Source of the DNA: Ginglymostoma cirratum
Taxonomy: Eukaryota
Assembly (NCBI GenBank): GCA_024137785.1
Contig: JAHRHZ010000035.1
Span: forward strand, 27,529,787 to 27,593,786
Length of the DNA stretch: 64,000 nt
Reading direction: 5' to 3'
A program made the translations under genes and the position numbers. Below are positions 56,601 to 64,000 of this stretch, piece by piece (positions within the stretch are counted from its first letter, which is position 1; the number at the start of each line of letters is the position of its first letter). The notes under the pieces were generated by a model that worked only from the letters and a program-made list of their open reading frames with translations, was not told the DNA's origin and ran no database searches.

Positions 56601-59600
56601 GCCACAAGACAGTACTTCTTACACTAAATAATTGCCATTTATAAATTTTCAATTAATTTTCCTTTCAGATCATGAACTTTTTTAGTGCAAACCCTTGCAC
56701 ACTTTAATATCATCCATGAATTAATAACATAAATGAATTCCTACTGAAGGCAAGGAAGACAAATGAAAGGTAAAGAACTGATTCACAAGGAATTGCATTC
56801 TGCCCAATCTGTGAATAAACACTCCATTTGCACAAATTCAAAAAAATCCTCAATCTATTCAATTGCTTCTCAATAATGTCACTACATTTTTGCAACCATT
56901 GAAAATAAAACAAAGATTATTTATTCATAAAAATGTCAATTATAGATTAATATATTACACACCATCTTTCATTTGTTTCTTCATGTTCAGCTGAATCTTC
57001 AACCTGTTTGGTCCCATCACATTCCAATTATTGGTTCTCTCCAAATAGTTATAAATAAAGTAAATCGGTGCCACATTCATTAGCTCTGATTCAGCAGAGC
57101 CACGAGGTAGATTAGTAAGCTTGTGAACTCCTTCAGGATCCAAAGCTATGGACATTGATTCACCAATTATGTCACCTGCCAGAGTCCAAGACAATACTTC
57201 AGTATAACTGACAAATGCATGAAGAAAAACAATTAACAGCAGGTTAATACGCATAAGATAGAGAAAGATAAATTGAATACTTGAAGTTTAGCTCATTATA
57301 AACTGAGTTGCACACAAAACAATTTCTATTTCTTTTTCAGATTAAAGTCCCTGGTTTATAGCAGACGGTTTGGGGTAGAATTATATACCCATACACAACA
57401 CCTTATTGCTGGACATTAGGCCTGACCAAGGACCCAGAGCTCTGCAGTACCAGCTTGACAGAACAGATCAGGTAACAATATTGAAAGCTACTAAACTGTT
57501 TTGATAGCCCAATGTAAATGCCTTTGATTTGGGAATAAAGCCAACAATTATTGAGATTCTGCTGGCCATAATCTTGAATGCTTATGTAATTCACAAGCAT
57601 ACAACAACGAAATAAGTCAAGAGACTTGAAACCTGTGATTGTGGATTTTCAAAGGAATTTACAGCAGAACCTGCCAGAATATTTTCCACAAATATGCTCT
57701 GGAAAAGGATGATTACAGTGAAAAGGAAAAATATTCAATGAACATTAAGATTTATATTCACAGCTCTGTTCACAGACATTTTATGTCAGGGTAAGCAAAA
57801 ATTATACATCATATGACCAAAACTATCAATTATTACATTGTCCTCCAGTAAACAGCTTTCAAACATTGGTAAGGGGGTTCATTCATGGATTGTGGCTGTT
57901 TGAAATCACTGGTTTTGGTTGAGCTGGATATTGTAAACATATTTAGAAATTAACTCCATCAGACCTTACAGCTTCACTTAGGCGGTGAAAATGAAATAAA
58001 CCAAGATTGAAACACAGCATATGCCAAAGCTGACTACTTGTGCAGTTGGGAAGAACCCATTGAAGGTAATGTTACAGTGCTGACACTACATGCATAAGCT
58101 AAACGTGGCCTATACTTATATGACAGAATGTCTGTAATAATTTGAAACTAAGATGGTTCCCCCTTTCTTTTCTCTCTTTAGCAAATAAATTATATATGCT
58201 AGCTGCATAGTGTAATGCTGTAATGGTACAGTCAAGAATAAGCCCTTACCACATATGAAATTGTAGTTGTAGATTGTCTTCACACTCTGGTGCGGCTCAA
58301 TATGAGCTTCAGTAAATACAAATCCTTCTTTCTTGTTCTATAAATCATTGCAATGCTCTTAAGAAGATATTTATGTCATTAAATGTTAGAATCCCTACAG
58401 TGCAGAAATAGGCCTTCGGCCCATTAAGTCTGCTCTGACCCCCCACCCCTGTAAAGAGCCGCCCTCCCAGACCTACCCTCCCCATCCTATCTCGTAACTC
58501 TGCATTTACCATGGTTAATCCACCTAGCCTGCACATCCCTGGACACTAGGGAGAAATTTAGCACAGCCAATCCACCTCCCCTACCCGCACACCTTTGGAC
58601 TGTGAAAGCAAACTGGAGCACCTGGTGAAAACCCATACAAACAATTGGAAGTTGTTGAAAGTCCACATGGACAGTCACCCAATATTGAAATCAAACCCAG
58701 ATCCCTGGCAGTGTGAGGCAGCAGTGCTAACCACTGTCCCACTGTGCCGCCCATTTTATTGCTATAAACATCCAGCCAATACTAAGGGTTTGATTAGGTT
58801 CAGCATCCTTGAGAAATCTTGCATGTGAAACTTCCAACAGTTACAATCAGCAGTTAACCTTTAATAACCAGACATTAAATAGGCTGTCACAGTGAAATCT
58901 TATGCTTTGTGCGTCAGATGCTAAAATCTGTGTCCTCACATGCATGTCTCCTTTATTCAGCAGACCGATAAACACTCACTGAGCCCATTTTGTATGTGAC
59001 ATATAAATAATAAAATGTTGTTTTATCAAATCTATTTGATAACAATCCATATAACTTACAAAATAATGAATCATGCCATTGTACCCCTGCTTAGTGAATA
59101 AGTAACTTCACAGAGGAGCAGATTCCTGGAAGTAAGTGACTCAGTCTGTAGGAAGAGAAATCTTATTTTCTATAAATGTTCACCCTAAGTTTCTATAGTA
59201 AAAAAAGCAAAGTGCTAGTGTCTGACAGCATCTATGGACAGAGATACTTTTTCGGACTTATTGTTAGATCCGTTTACCTCTCCAAAATGCTGCCAGCCTT
59301 GTTGAGTTTCTCCAGCACTTCTTGCTTTTATTTCAGATTCCCTGCATCTGCAGCATTCTGCTTTTACTAGATTTCTACAGGTTGGTCTTGTGTACCAGAA
59401 CAGAAAGACAAAGGTCTGAACTTTTCACATTATCTTTTGTTCTCCTAGCTCTAGTGTTTGGTCAGTCAAATTTATCAGACCTGCTTTTGTCATCCTTTTG
59501 TTGGCCCCTAGTAACTAATCCCTCCATTTCCCTTTGGACTCAAACAGTTGAAGTAACTCCAAACTTTAAAGATGAATGGCCTGATAGGGCAGCTGATGTT

Positions 59601-61320
59601 GCATGCTTTGTAAAATGGGCTGCTGATTGGAAATTGCATAAAATAAACACCTATTCCAATAAACCAAGTTTGTATTGTATGTGAGAAGCATAGAACTGAA
59701 TGGTCAATTCCAACTGAATCATCTGTATCGTTAGAAGTCTGAGTGGGTGATTAACCTGGAACTTTATTACAATGTGTTTGAGTGCTTGAAGAGGGGAGAT
59801 TTTGTTATAGTTCTGTCGGGGCATTGGTGGAACTCCACATGGCATGTTGTGCAGTTTCACTCTGTGCTAAGGGAAAGATATGCTTGGCTTGGGAAACTAG
59901 TTTAGTGGAGGTTTGCTAGATTGCTTTCTGGGATTGCACTTTGGAACACAGCTTGAATAAAATAGACGTACACTTCCTGGAGTTTAGTCTAATGAGGGGT
60001 GATTTCACTGAAATATTTAGAATTCTGAGAGGGCAGACGGGTGCTGCAAAGTCATTTCTTGTGCCTGCTGAGTTTAAAACAGGGGGCATGGTCTCAGGAT
60101 AATAGGGCAGCAATATTATCCTGAGAAAAGGAGAAATTTCTCGACTCAGGCTTGTGATCCTCTACAGGCTGTGAATGAGAATGTAAGAGATAGTTGCAGG
60201 AGAAAGATACTTGGTTCTCCCAGCCTGCCCTGCCATTCAACAAAATCATGGTTGATGTCCCCCAGGGGCTTCAACTATTTTTTCACGTCATTTCAGCTTA
60301 ACTGTCAACTCCAACATTTCAAAAATCTCTCTCTTCCTTCTCATTAAATACTTTCAGTGATCTCACCCTCACAACTCCCTGGGGTCGAGAATTCCAGACA
60401 TCTTTTACCCTTTGGGAGGACAGATTCTTTTGTATCTCAGTTTTAAATGTGTTTCCCCTTATTCTGTACTCTGTCCCCTAGTTTGCAATTCCTCAAAGAG
60501 TGGAAACATCTTCTCAATGTCTACCTGAAGAGCTTTCTCAGAATTTTGTTTCAATAAGATCACCCCTCATTCTTCTGAAATCTAATGAATAGAGGCCCAT
60601 CCTGTCTAACCGTCTTTGATAAGTCAATCCCTTCATTCCAGGAACCAGCCTAGTGAATATATTTTTAATAGCCTCCAATAAAAATATATCCATTTTAAAT
60701 AAGGAAGCAAAAACTGCTCACAGTACTACCAGGTGTGGCCTCACCAACAGTCTTTACAGCTGTAACAAGATTTCCCTATGTGGAGTCTCCATCATTGCTT
60801 ACATTTAAGACTGGGGGATAGAAAGATTTTGGTATCTCAGCAAATCAAGCAAAATGGGGAGTGGGTAAAATGGAGTTAAGATCAAGATCAGCTATGATCA
60901 TACTGAATGGTGGTGCAGGCTTGTCTGGCTATAGGGTCTACCCCTGCTCTTATTTCTTGTTTCTTATTTCTAAAACCCATTGAATTATCAGAGGGACTCA
61001 TTACCAATATATAACTGCCGAGATCTTCAAGAAGGCAAATTCATGACGAATCAAACAGTAGTAATATTACCTTGCACTGTCAACACATTCTTTGGTTTTA
61101 CATTTGGGAGAATATTTAACGGTGTTTTCAAATGAATTTCAATCCTTCTCACCATTCTCCCTGAAAGTAAATTTCAAAAAAATTAAACTTTAGTTGTAAC
61201 AGTTTTCCAAACAAAATCTTCAATTAAATATTATGTTGGAAACTTGGTATAAAATGTACCCAAGACGTTGGCTGGATCCAATACGTAAGGGAAATTTTTT
61301 TCTTTCTTAATTCCTTCTGG
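14516..61320 (-). CDS. C5: Complement C5, 3' half of gene (20 coding exons, 745 aa: CUB, TED/C5d, MG8, anchor, C345C); 5' part lies beyond the window
   Basis: Twenty GT-AG exons were assembled by hand with compatible phases, totalling 2238 nt in one open frame. The protein has [11 protein letters not shown] at the thioester position, plus [36 protein letters not shown] and a C-terminal LINGC*. These match vertebrate C5 motifs as I recall them. Confidence 0.97.
15215..15877 (-). mobile_element. CR1/L2-superfamily LINE fragment, same family as 34255-37096
   Basis: ORF 15139..15603 contains [31 protein letters not shown], nearly the same as ORF 36730..37032. Confidence 0.88.
17723..17858 (-). 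CDS. C5: C5 exon 40 equivalent, (V)[22 protein letters not shown]...YLIMGK...STF(M)
   Basis: 136 nt, tatag|TTGATG...TTAT|gtaagt. Contains the YLIMG C345C motif. Confidence 0.95.
18510..19040 (+). mobile_element. CR1 3' fragment with a nested Penelope inverted-pLTR piece (18601-18777)
   Basis: The CR1 sequence resumes after the insert. A 9-bp direct repeat ATCTTGAGG lies at 18592-18600 and 18778-18786. Confidence 0.75.
19284..19367 (-). CDS. C5: C5 exon 39 equivalent, (A)[27 protein letters not shown](V)
   Basis: 84 nt, tctag|CTTACA...ACAG|gttagt. Start of C345C; contains an N-A-T sequon. Confidence 0.94.
20257..20346 (-). CDS. C5: C5 exon 38 equivalent, (A)[29 protein letters not shown](A)
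   Basis: 90 nt, ctcag|CTGAGT...TATG|gtaagt. Confidence 0.94.
20797..20883 (-). CDS. C5: C5 exon 37 equivalent, (D)[28 protein letters not shown](A)
   Basis: 87 nt, ggtag|ACAGAA...AAAG|gtaaaa. Contains the anchor-region cysteines. Confidence 0.95.
22384..22490 (+). mobile_element. Short tRNA-derived SINE
   Basis: GGTTCTTGTGGTGCAGTGGTA...CAGTTTCAAATCTC A/B-box head. Related copies lie at 2455, 7506 and ~61907. Confidence 0.7.
22988..23093 (-). CDS. C5: C5 exon 36 equivalent, [35 protein letters not shown](D)
   Basis: 106 nt, ttcag|ATTCCA...CCAG|gtaagc. Confidence 0.96.
23810..24120 (-). mobile_element. CR1 LINE 3' fragment
   Basis: Reverse complement of GAGAAGGAATTTCTTCAGCTAGAGGGTGGTGAATCTGTGGAA... 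with an (ATAAGAC)-type tail. Confidence 0.75.
24718..24792 (-). CDS. C5: C5 exon 35 equivalent, [25 protein letters not shown]
   Basis: 75 nt, ttcag|CTATTA...TTCA|gtaaga. Confidence 0.94.
24822..25185 (-). mobile_element. HE1-type (V-SINE) shark SINE, full length
   Basis: tRNA-like head GTAGCACAGTGGTTAGCAGTGCTGCC, V-SINE core GGGTTTC..CCAGG.GCTCCAGTTTCCTC, and a CR1-like tail. Confidence 0.88.
25259..25361 (-). CDS. C5: C5 exon 34 equivalent, [34 protein letters not shown]
   Basis: 103 nt, tttag|ATATAT...AATA|gttaag. Confidence 0.92.
26964..27015 (-). CDS. C5: C5 exon 33 equivalent, (D)[16 protein letters not shown](Q)
   Basis: 52 nt, tgcag|ATACAC...CACA|gtaagt. Phase 1-2 fits both neighbours. 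Confidence 0.88.
27390..28215 (+). mobile_element. CR1 fragment with a nested Penelope-derived hairpin element (~27637-27858)
   Basis: CR1 ORF2 3' remnant. The insert has inverted arms and is flanked by TAGACAGGTTGGGC / TAGATAGGTTGAGC. Confidence 0.72.
28579..28663 (-). CDS. C5: C5 exon 32 equivalent, [28 protein letters not shown](D)
   Basis: 85 nt, tgtag|ATGAGG...TCAG|gtcagt. Contains the C-x-F-x-L motif at the start of MG8. Confidence 0.9.
29211..32927 (-). mobile_element. Decayed PIF/Harbinger-like DNA transposon with a Myb/SANT remnant
   Basis: TIRs GGGCAGAATCTTA (29211-29223) and TAAAATTCAGCCC (32915-32927) match at 11/13. Minus-strand remnant [18 protein letters not shown]...[10 protein letters not shown] (~32595-32715) continues across the CR1 insert as VRKNGQ*C..KFSDL (~31175-31222). 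Confidence 0.6.
31222..32592 (-). mobile_element. CR1 LINE fragment nested in the Harbinger-like element
   Basis: ORF2 remnants (VEQQWQEF...[14 protein letters not shown]; [22 protein letters not shown]) and an (ACCATAAG)2 tail at ~31228-31243. Confidence 0.85.
33412..33682 (+). mobile_element. CR1 (HER1-like) LINE 3' end
   Basis: [32 protein letters not shown]2 end, with a tail ...CTCTATGACTCTA. Confidence 0.85.
34255..37096 (+). mobile_element. Near-complete ORF2 of a CR1/L2-superfamily LINE (APE endonuclease plus RT), disrupted
   Basis: Endonuclease motifs ([30 protein letters not shown]) and RT motifs ([31 protein letters not shown]). Several stops and frameshifts; A-rich tail at 37083-37096. 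Confidence 0.92.
37230..37292 (-). CDS. C5: C5 exon 31 equivalent, [21 protein letters not shown]
   Basis: 63 nt, ggcag|ATTGAG...TAAT|gtaagt. Confidence 0.92.
37436..37588 (-). CDS. C5: C5 exon 30 equivalent, [12 protein letters not shown]...KAFTRPLE
   Basis: 153 nt, ggcag|GACACT...GGAA|gtaagt. Confidence 0.95.
37784..41998 (-). mobile_element. Ty3/gypsy LTR retrotransposon (K02A2.6/Mag-like), structurally complete but decayed
   Basis: 5' LTR at 41763-41998 and 3' LTR at 37784-38205, both TGTAGTG...TTCA on the minus strand. PPT AGGGGGAGGGA at 38206-38216. TSD GAGAC at 37779-37783 and 41999-42003. gag EDWAQYVEK, protease [18 protein letters not shown] and [15 protein letters not shown], and integrase remnants appear in gypsy order. 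Confidence 0.93.
37873..38060 (+). mobile_element. LINE 3' tail (Rex1/Babar-like) inserted in the gypsy 3' LTR
   Basis: About 190 bp absent from the 5' LTR. It ends CTTTTCACAGTACTTCGGTAC...AATAAATCAGATCAAATCAAAGCAAATCAAA, an (AAATC)n tail. Confidence 0.6.
42045..42137 (+). mobile_element. Solo Penelope pLTR fragment with a 13-bp TSD
   Basis: Matches positions 17-110. TSD TTAGTCCAATTCC at 42032-42044 and 42138-42150. Confidence 0.8.
43011..43210 (-). CDS. C5: C5 exon 29 equivalent, (G)[10 protein letters not shown]...VETTSYALL...YGGGFLSTQ
   Basis: 200 nt, atcag|GAAATC...TCAG|gtaatt. Lies within ORF 42891..43244. Confidence 0.97.
44504..46925 (+). mobile_element. Decayed Ty1/copia (GalEa-like): 5' LTR, tRNA-iMet PBS, gag, protease, pre-integrase
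   Basis: LTR at 44504-44724 (TGTTAAT...ATTGACA). PBS TAGTAGCAGAGGCCAGTTTC (44726-44745) resembles the iMet complement TGGTAGCAGAGGATGGTTTC. gag remnant is ORF 44818..45024; protease LLDSECIST...FRFGD; pre-integrase [22 protein letters not shown]. The element is truncated by a CR1 at 46926. Confidence 0.82.
45093..45592 (-). mobile_element. Penelope-like element 3' end (pLTR plus ORF end) inserted in the copia gag
   Basis: Near-identical to 51645-52125. Contains the [13 protein letters not shown]-terminal motif and a hammerhead core at 45161-45188. Confidence 0.85.
46926..47640 (+). mobile_element. CR1 LINE 3' fragment
   Basis: Degenerate ERDLRVHV...YCV.FW.P...RRFTRMI segment and CR1 3' end. 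Confidence 0.78.
47900..49215 (-). mobile_element. Old CR1 LINE fragments
   Basis: Degenerate reverse complement of the CR1 ORF2 3' region. Confidence 0.55.
49301..49472 (-). CDS. C5: C5 exon 28 equivalent, [13 protein letters not shown]...AMTAYALAL...EASVK(G)
   Basis: 172 nt, tttag|ACAGTT...AAGG|gtaatg. Confidence 0.95.
50559..50651 (-). CDS. C5: C5 exon 27 equivalent, [31 protein letters not shown]
   Basis: 93 nt, tacag|GTTATA...CGAG|gtgagc. Contains the YLTAF motif. Confidence 0.94.
51614..52165 (-). mobile_element. Penelope-like element 3' end with a 15-bp TSD
   Basis: [16 protein letters not shown] (GIY-YIG C-terminal region) plus pLTR. TSD AGGATATTTCTTTAG at 51599-51613 and 52166-52180. 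Confidence 0.88.
52436..52790 (+). mobile_element. HE1-type (V-SINE) shark SINE, full length
   Basis: GGTGGCATGGTAGATCAGTGGTTAGCACTGCTGCCTCACAG...GGGTTTGATTCC head, V-SINE core and CR1-like tail. Confidence 0.9.
53235..53394 (-). CDS. C5: C5 exon 26 equivalent, [15 protein letters not shown]...[16 protein letters not shown]
   Basis: 160 nt, ccag|GCTAAC...TCAG|gttagt. Overlaps ORF 53118..53372. Confidence 0.96.
54182..54307. mobile_element. Penelope pLTR-derived palindromic mini-element with a 16-bp TSD
   Basis: GAGATAACAAGGTGTGGAGCTGGATGAACACAGCAGGC is followed by its reverse complement. TSD TCCATACCCATA(T/C)TGT at 54166-54181 and 54308-54323. Confidence 0.82.
55627..55705 (-). CDS. C5: C5 exon 25 equivalent, (G)[25 protein letters not shown](W)
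   Basis: 79 nt, tatag|GCATT...CCTG|gtaagt. Confidence 0.95.
55880..56338 (+). mobile_element. CR1 LINE 3' fragment
   Basis: Degenerate [16 protein letters not shown] segment and a CR1 3' UTR ending GGCCTACTTCTG. Confidence 0.78.
56963..57175 (-). CDS. C5: C5 exon 24 equivalent, containing the degenerate thioester site [11 protein letters not shown]
   Basis: 213 nt, ggcag|GTGAC...GATG|gtgtgt. Lies within ORF 56955..57254. Confidence 0.96.
58385..58752 (-). mobile_element. HE1-type (V-SINE) shark SINE, full length
   Basis: Reverse complement begins GGGCGGCACAGTGGGACAGTGGTTAGCACTGCTGCCTCAC; colinear with 52436-52790. Confidence 0.9.
59960..60965. mobile_element. Cluster of CR1 fragments: a minus-strand piece (~60180-60780) nested between plus-strand pieces
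   Basis: CR1 ORF2-end and 3' UTR motifs occur in both orientations. Confidence 0.6.
61071..61160 (-). CDS. C5: C5 exon 23 equivalent, (G)[29 protein letters not shown](G)
   Basis: 90 nt, ttcag|GGAG...CAAG|gtaata, phase 1-1. Confidence 0.93.
61260..61320 (-). CDS. C5: C5 exon (human exon 22 equivalent), [20 protein letters not shown](G)
   Basis: 61 nt, aag|CCAGAA...TTGG|gtacat. Contains the PEG...LDP motif at the start of CUB. Confidence 0.92.
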
Positions 61321-61635
61321 CTTCAGACCAGATCAGAAGTTAACAATAAAAAAGAAAAATGAAAGTGCAAAGATTACTATTTGCAAAATCAAAAAGTACA
61401 CAGAAATGTTTTATTAATAGAAACAATGCATAACAGAATGAGTAATAGCTAGTGTCTCAGTGAGAAATTCAGATAACACTATAAACCAACAATGATGGTG
61501 AGATTTCAGTAGCTATTTCTGCAATTTTATTCTATTTTAAAACCATATTTTTATTAGTAGTAGTTATGAAGGATACTAACAGCTGCTGTGCAAAATTTTC
61601 ATACATGATGGGATGCCAGTTGAAGGATTAATGAA

Positions 61636-61842
61636 TTGAAGACAGTAAGTACTGCAGATGCTGGAAGCCAGAGTCAATAGATGTGAAGCTGGAAAAGTAC
61701 AGCAGGTCAGACAGCATCCAAGATGCAGAAAAGTCAATGTTTTGACCCTGTCCTGATGAAGGGTTTCAGCCTGAAACATTGAATTACCTGCTCCTTGGAT
61801 GTTGTCTGACTTGCTGCACTTTTCCAGCTTCACATCTACTGA
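61636..61842. mobile_element. Penelope pLTR-derived inverted-repeat mini-element with a perfect 15-bp TSD
   Basis: Inverted arms (TAGATGTGAAGCTGGAAAAGT... / ...ACTTTTCCAGCTTCACATCTA). Central CTGATGAAGGG...CCTGAAAC at 61753-61777. TSD TGAAGGATTAATGAA at 61621-61635 and 61843-61857. Confidence 0.82.
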
Positions 61843-62189
61843 TGAAGGATTAATGAACACAGATTACAAAAGTGAATAATTGATTAATTTTGAAATAATT
61901 TAAGTCTGTGTCTTGTGGCACTATGGTAGTGCCTAGAGGATCAGAATTCAAGAGGTGAGTCATAACATGTCTGAACAGGTTGTTTAAAAATTATTAGACT
62001 TAAAACACTGAAGTCAACCTCCTGTGATCATACACAGGGGTGTGAAGTTAAGAAAGTCTGCAGGCAAAGCAGAGTTAGACACAGGGAGATAACTGGACAC
62101 GTGCAAGCAGATCTAAATCTGTCCCGACACTGAAGTCACAAACTTTGCAAATTTTATTTTACTGTTATAAATCTCAAGTCTAATAATTT

Positions 62190-63427
62190 TCTCCTTGAGG
62201 AAGTGACAAAGTTGATAGATGAGGCAAGGGCCGTAGATGTCATATACATGAACTTCAGTAAGGCGTTTGATAAGGCTCCTCATGGTAGGCTGATGGAGAA
62301 AGTGAAGTTGCATGGGGTCCAGGGTGTATTAGCTAGATGGACAGAGAACTGTCTGGACAACAGGAGACAGAGAGTTGTAGTGGAAGGGAGCTTCTCAAAA
62401 TGGAGAAATGTGACCAGTGGTGTTCCACAGGGATCCGTGTTGGGACCACTGTTGTTTGTGATATACATAAACGATCTGGAGGAAGGTATAGATGGTCTGA
62501 TTAGCAAGTTTGCAGATGACACTAAGATTGGTGGAGTAGCAGATAGTAAAGGGGATTGTCAGAGAATGCAGCAGAATATAGATAGATTGGAGAGTTGGGC
62601 GGAGAAATGGCAGATGGAGTTCAATCCAGGCAAATGCAAGGTGATGCATTTTGGAAGATCCAATTCATGAGCAAACTATATGGTAAATGGAAAAGCCCTG
62701 GGGAAAATTGATGCACAGAGAGATCCGGGTGTTCAGGTCCATTGTACCCTGAAGGCGGCAACGCAGGTCGACAGAGTGGTCAAGAAGGCATATGGCATGC
62801 TTTCATTCATCAGACGGGGTACTGAGTACAAGAGTTGGCAGGTCATGTTACAGTTGATAGGACTTTGGTTCCACCGCATTTGGAATACTGCGTACAGTTC
62901 TGGTCGCCACATTACCAAAAGGATGTGGATGCTTTGGAGAGGGTGCAGAGGAGGTTCACCAGGATGTTGCCTGGTATGGAGGGTGCTAGCTATGAAGAGA
63001 GGTTGAGTAGATTAGGATTATTTACATTAGAAAGACGGAGGTTGAGTGGGGACCTGATTGAGGTCTACAAAATCATGAGACGTATAGACACGGTGGATAG
63101 CAAGAAGCTTATTCCCAGAGTGGGGGACTCAATTACTAGGGGTCACGATTTCAAGGTGAGAGGGGAAAAGTTTAAGGGAGATAGGTGTGGAAAGTTCTTT
63201 ACGCAGAGGGTGGTGGGTGCCTGGAACGTGTTGCCAGTGGAGGTGGTAGAGGCGGGCACGACAGCATCATTTAAGATGTATCTAGACAGTACATGAATGG
63301 GCAGGGAGCAGAGGGATACAGATCCTTGGAAAATAGGTGACAGGTTTAGGTAGAGGATCTGGATCGGTGCAGGCTTGGAGGGCTGAAGGGCCTGTTCCTG
63401 CGCTGTAGTTTTCTTTGTTCTTTGTTA
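62190..63427 (+). mobile_element. Relatively young 5'-truncated CR1 (HER1-like) LINE, RT domain to 3' end
   Basis: ORFs 62203..62670 ([31 protein letters not shown]) and 62835..63296 (PHLEYCVQFWSP, ERRRL.GDLIEVYK). It ends in a (TCTTTGT)-type tail. Confidence 0.95.
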
Positions 63428-63524
63428 ACATTTAGAAACTTATTCAATTTACAACCAGCAGCAGCGCAGTAATGCCTTCATTGGGTGAACAGTGTAATTA
63501 CAGTCCAATAAATTTACTAAATAA

Positions 63525-63692
63525 AAACCAAAAGAACTATAGATGGTGTAAATCAGAAACAAGAACAGAAATTGCTGGAAAAGCTCAGCTCTGAGGAAGG
63601 GTCACTCGACCTAAAATGTTAACTCTGATTTGTTTCCACAGATGCTGCCAGACCTGCTGAATCTTTCCAGCAATTTCTGTTTTTGTTTCTGA
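63525..63692. mobile_element. Penelope pLTR-derived inverted-repeat mini-element
   Basis: TCAGAAACAAGAACAGAAATTGCTGGAAA pairs with TTTCCAGCAATTTCTGTTTTTGTTTCTGA. A degenerate hammerhead core lies at 63591-63620. Confidence 0.78.
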
Positions 63693-64000
63693 CAAATTTA
63701 TGCATTGTTTCCAGTATAAACATCAACATAACTTACATCCTTACAATCTTAACAGAAAATGTAGACAGATATAAGATGTTAACTGCATCAATGAACCTAG
63801 ATATAAATTACAGTAATGATCCTTTTCATGTCATAATGATCAATATGATCAATATCATAATTGTAATAATATAATGAATTCTGCATCATACTAGAATGTT
63901 ATATGAATTTCTAAGCACATTGGTGGCTCATTAATGTTTGCATTAACATTGTCATCTGACTTTTGTGAAATGTCAGGGCATCATCAGCTAGTTCTCCTGT

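Noticed and set aside
14516-61320. Gene could be C3, C4, A2M or CD109
   Set aside because: There is no GCGEQ thioester. [21 protein letters not shown] and a C345C domain ending in NGC* fit C5.
62203-63296. Active CR1 element
   Set aside because: It is 5'-truncated, has a stop at 62668-62670 and a later frameshift.
63825-63880. ATGATCAAT-like short repeats and the Ile/Asn-rich ORF 63683..63874; also the A-run at 9777-9795
   Set aside because: These are low-complexity simple sequence, with no spacer-repeat array or coding signal.

Overview
This is AT-rich, repeat-dense vertebrate genomic DNA, almost certainly from a shark: it carries HE1-type SINEs, CR1/L2 LINEs and Penelope elements typical of elasmobranchs. 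The one host gene I can build is complement C5 on the minus strand. Twenty GT-AG exons run from 61320 down to the stop codon at 14516 and splice in frame into 2238 nt (745 aa plus stop), covering the alpha chain from CUB through TED and MG8 to C345C. These correspond to exons 22-41 if numbered as in human; the 5' half of the gene lies beyond 64000. The thioester site reads [11 protein letters not shown], which identifies C5 rather than C3 or C4. Downstream of C5 is a CpG-enriched patch with NF-kB sites (about 7.9-9.0 kb) that may be the TRAF1 promoter and first exon (synteny inference only). It is preceded by a probable 1.2-kb solo LTR. The rest is nested mobile DNA: a decayed Ty3/gypsy element with both LTRs and a 5-bp TSD, two decayed GalEa-like Ty1/copia copies, a Harbinger-like TIR element, Penelope elements with minimal hammerhead ribozyme motifs and TSD-flanked hairpin derivatives, LINEs and SINEs. 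I found no convincing wholly new biological system. The best leads are the hammerhead/Penelope mini-elements, the copia elements and the LTR-promoter arrangement. Repeat boundaries without a stated TSD or terminus are approximate.
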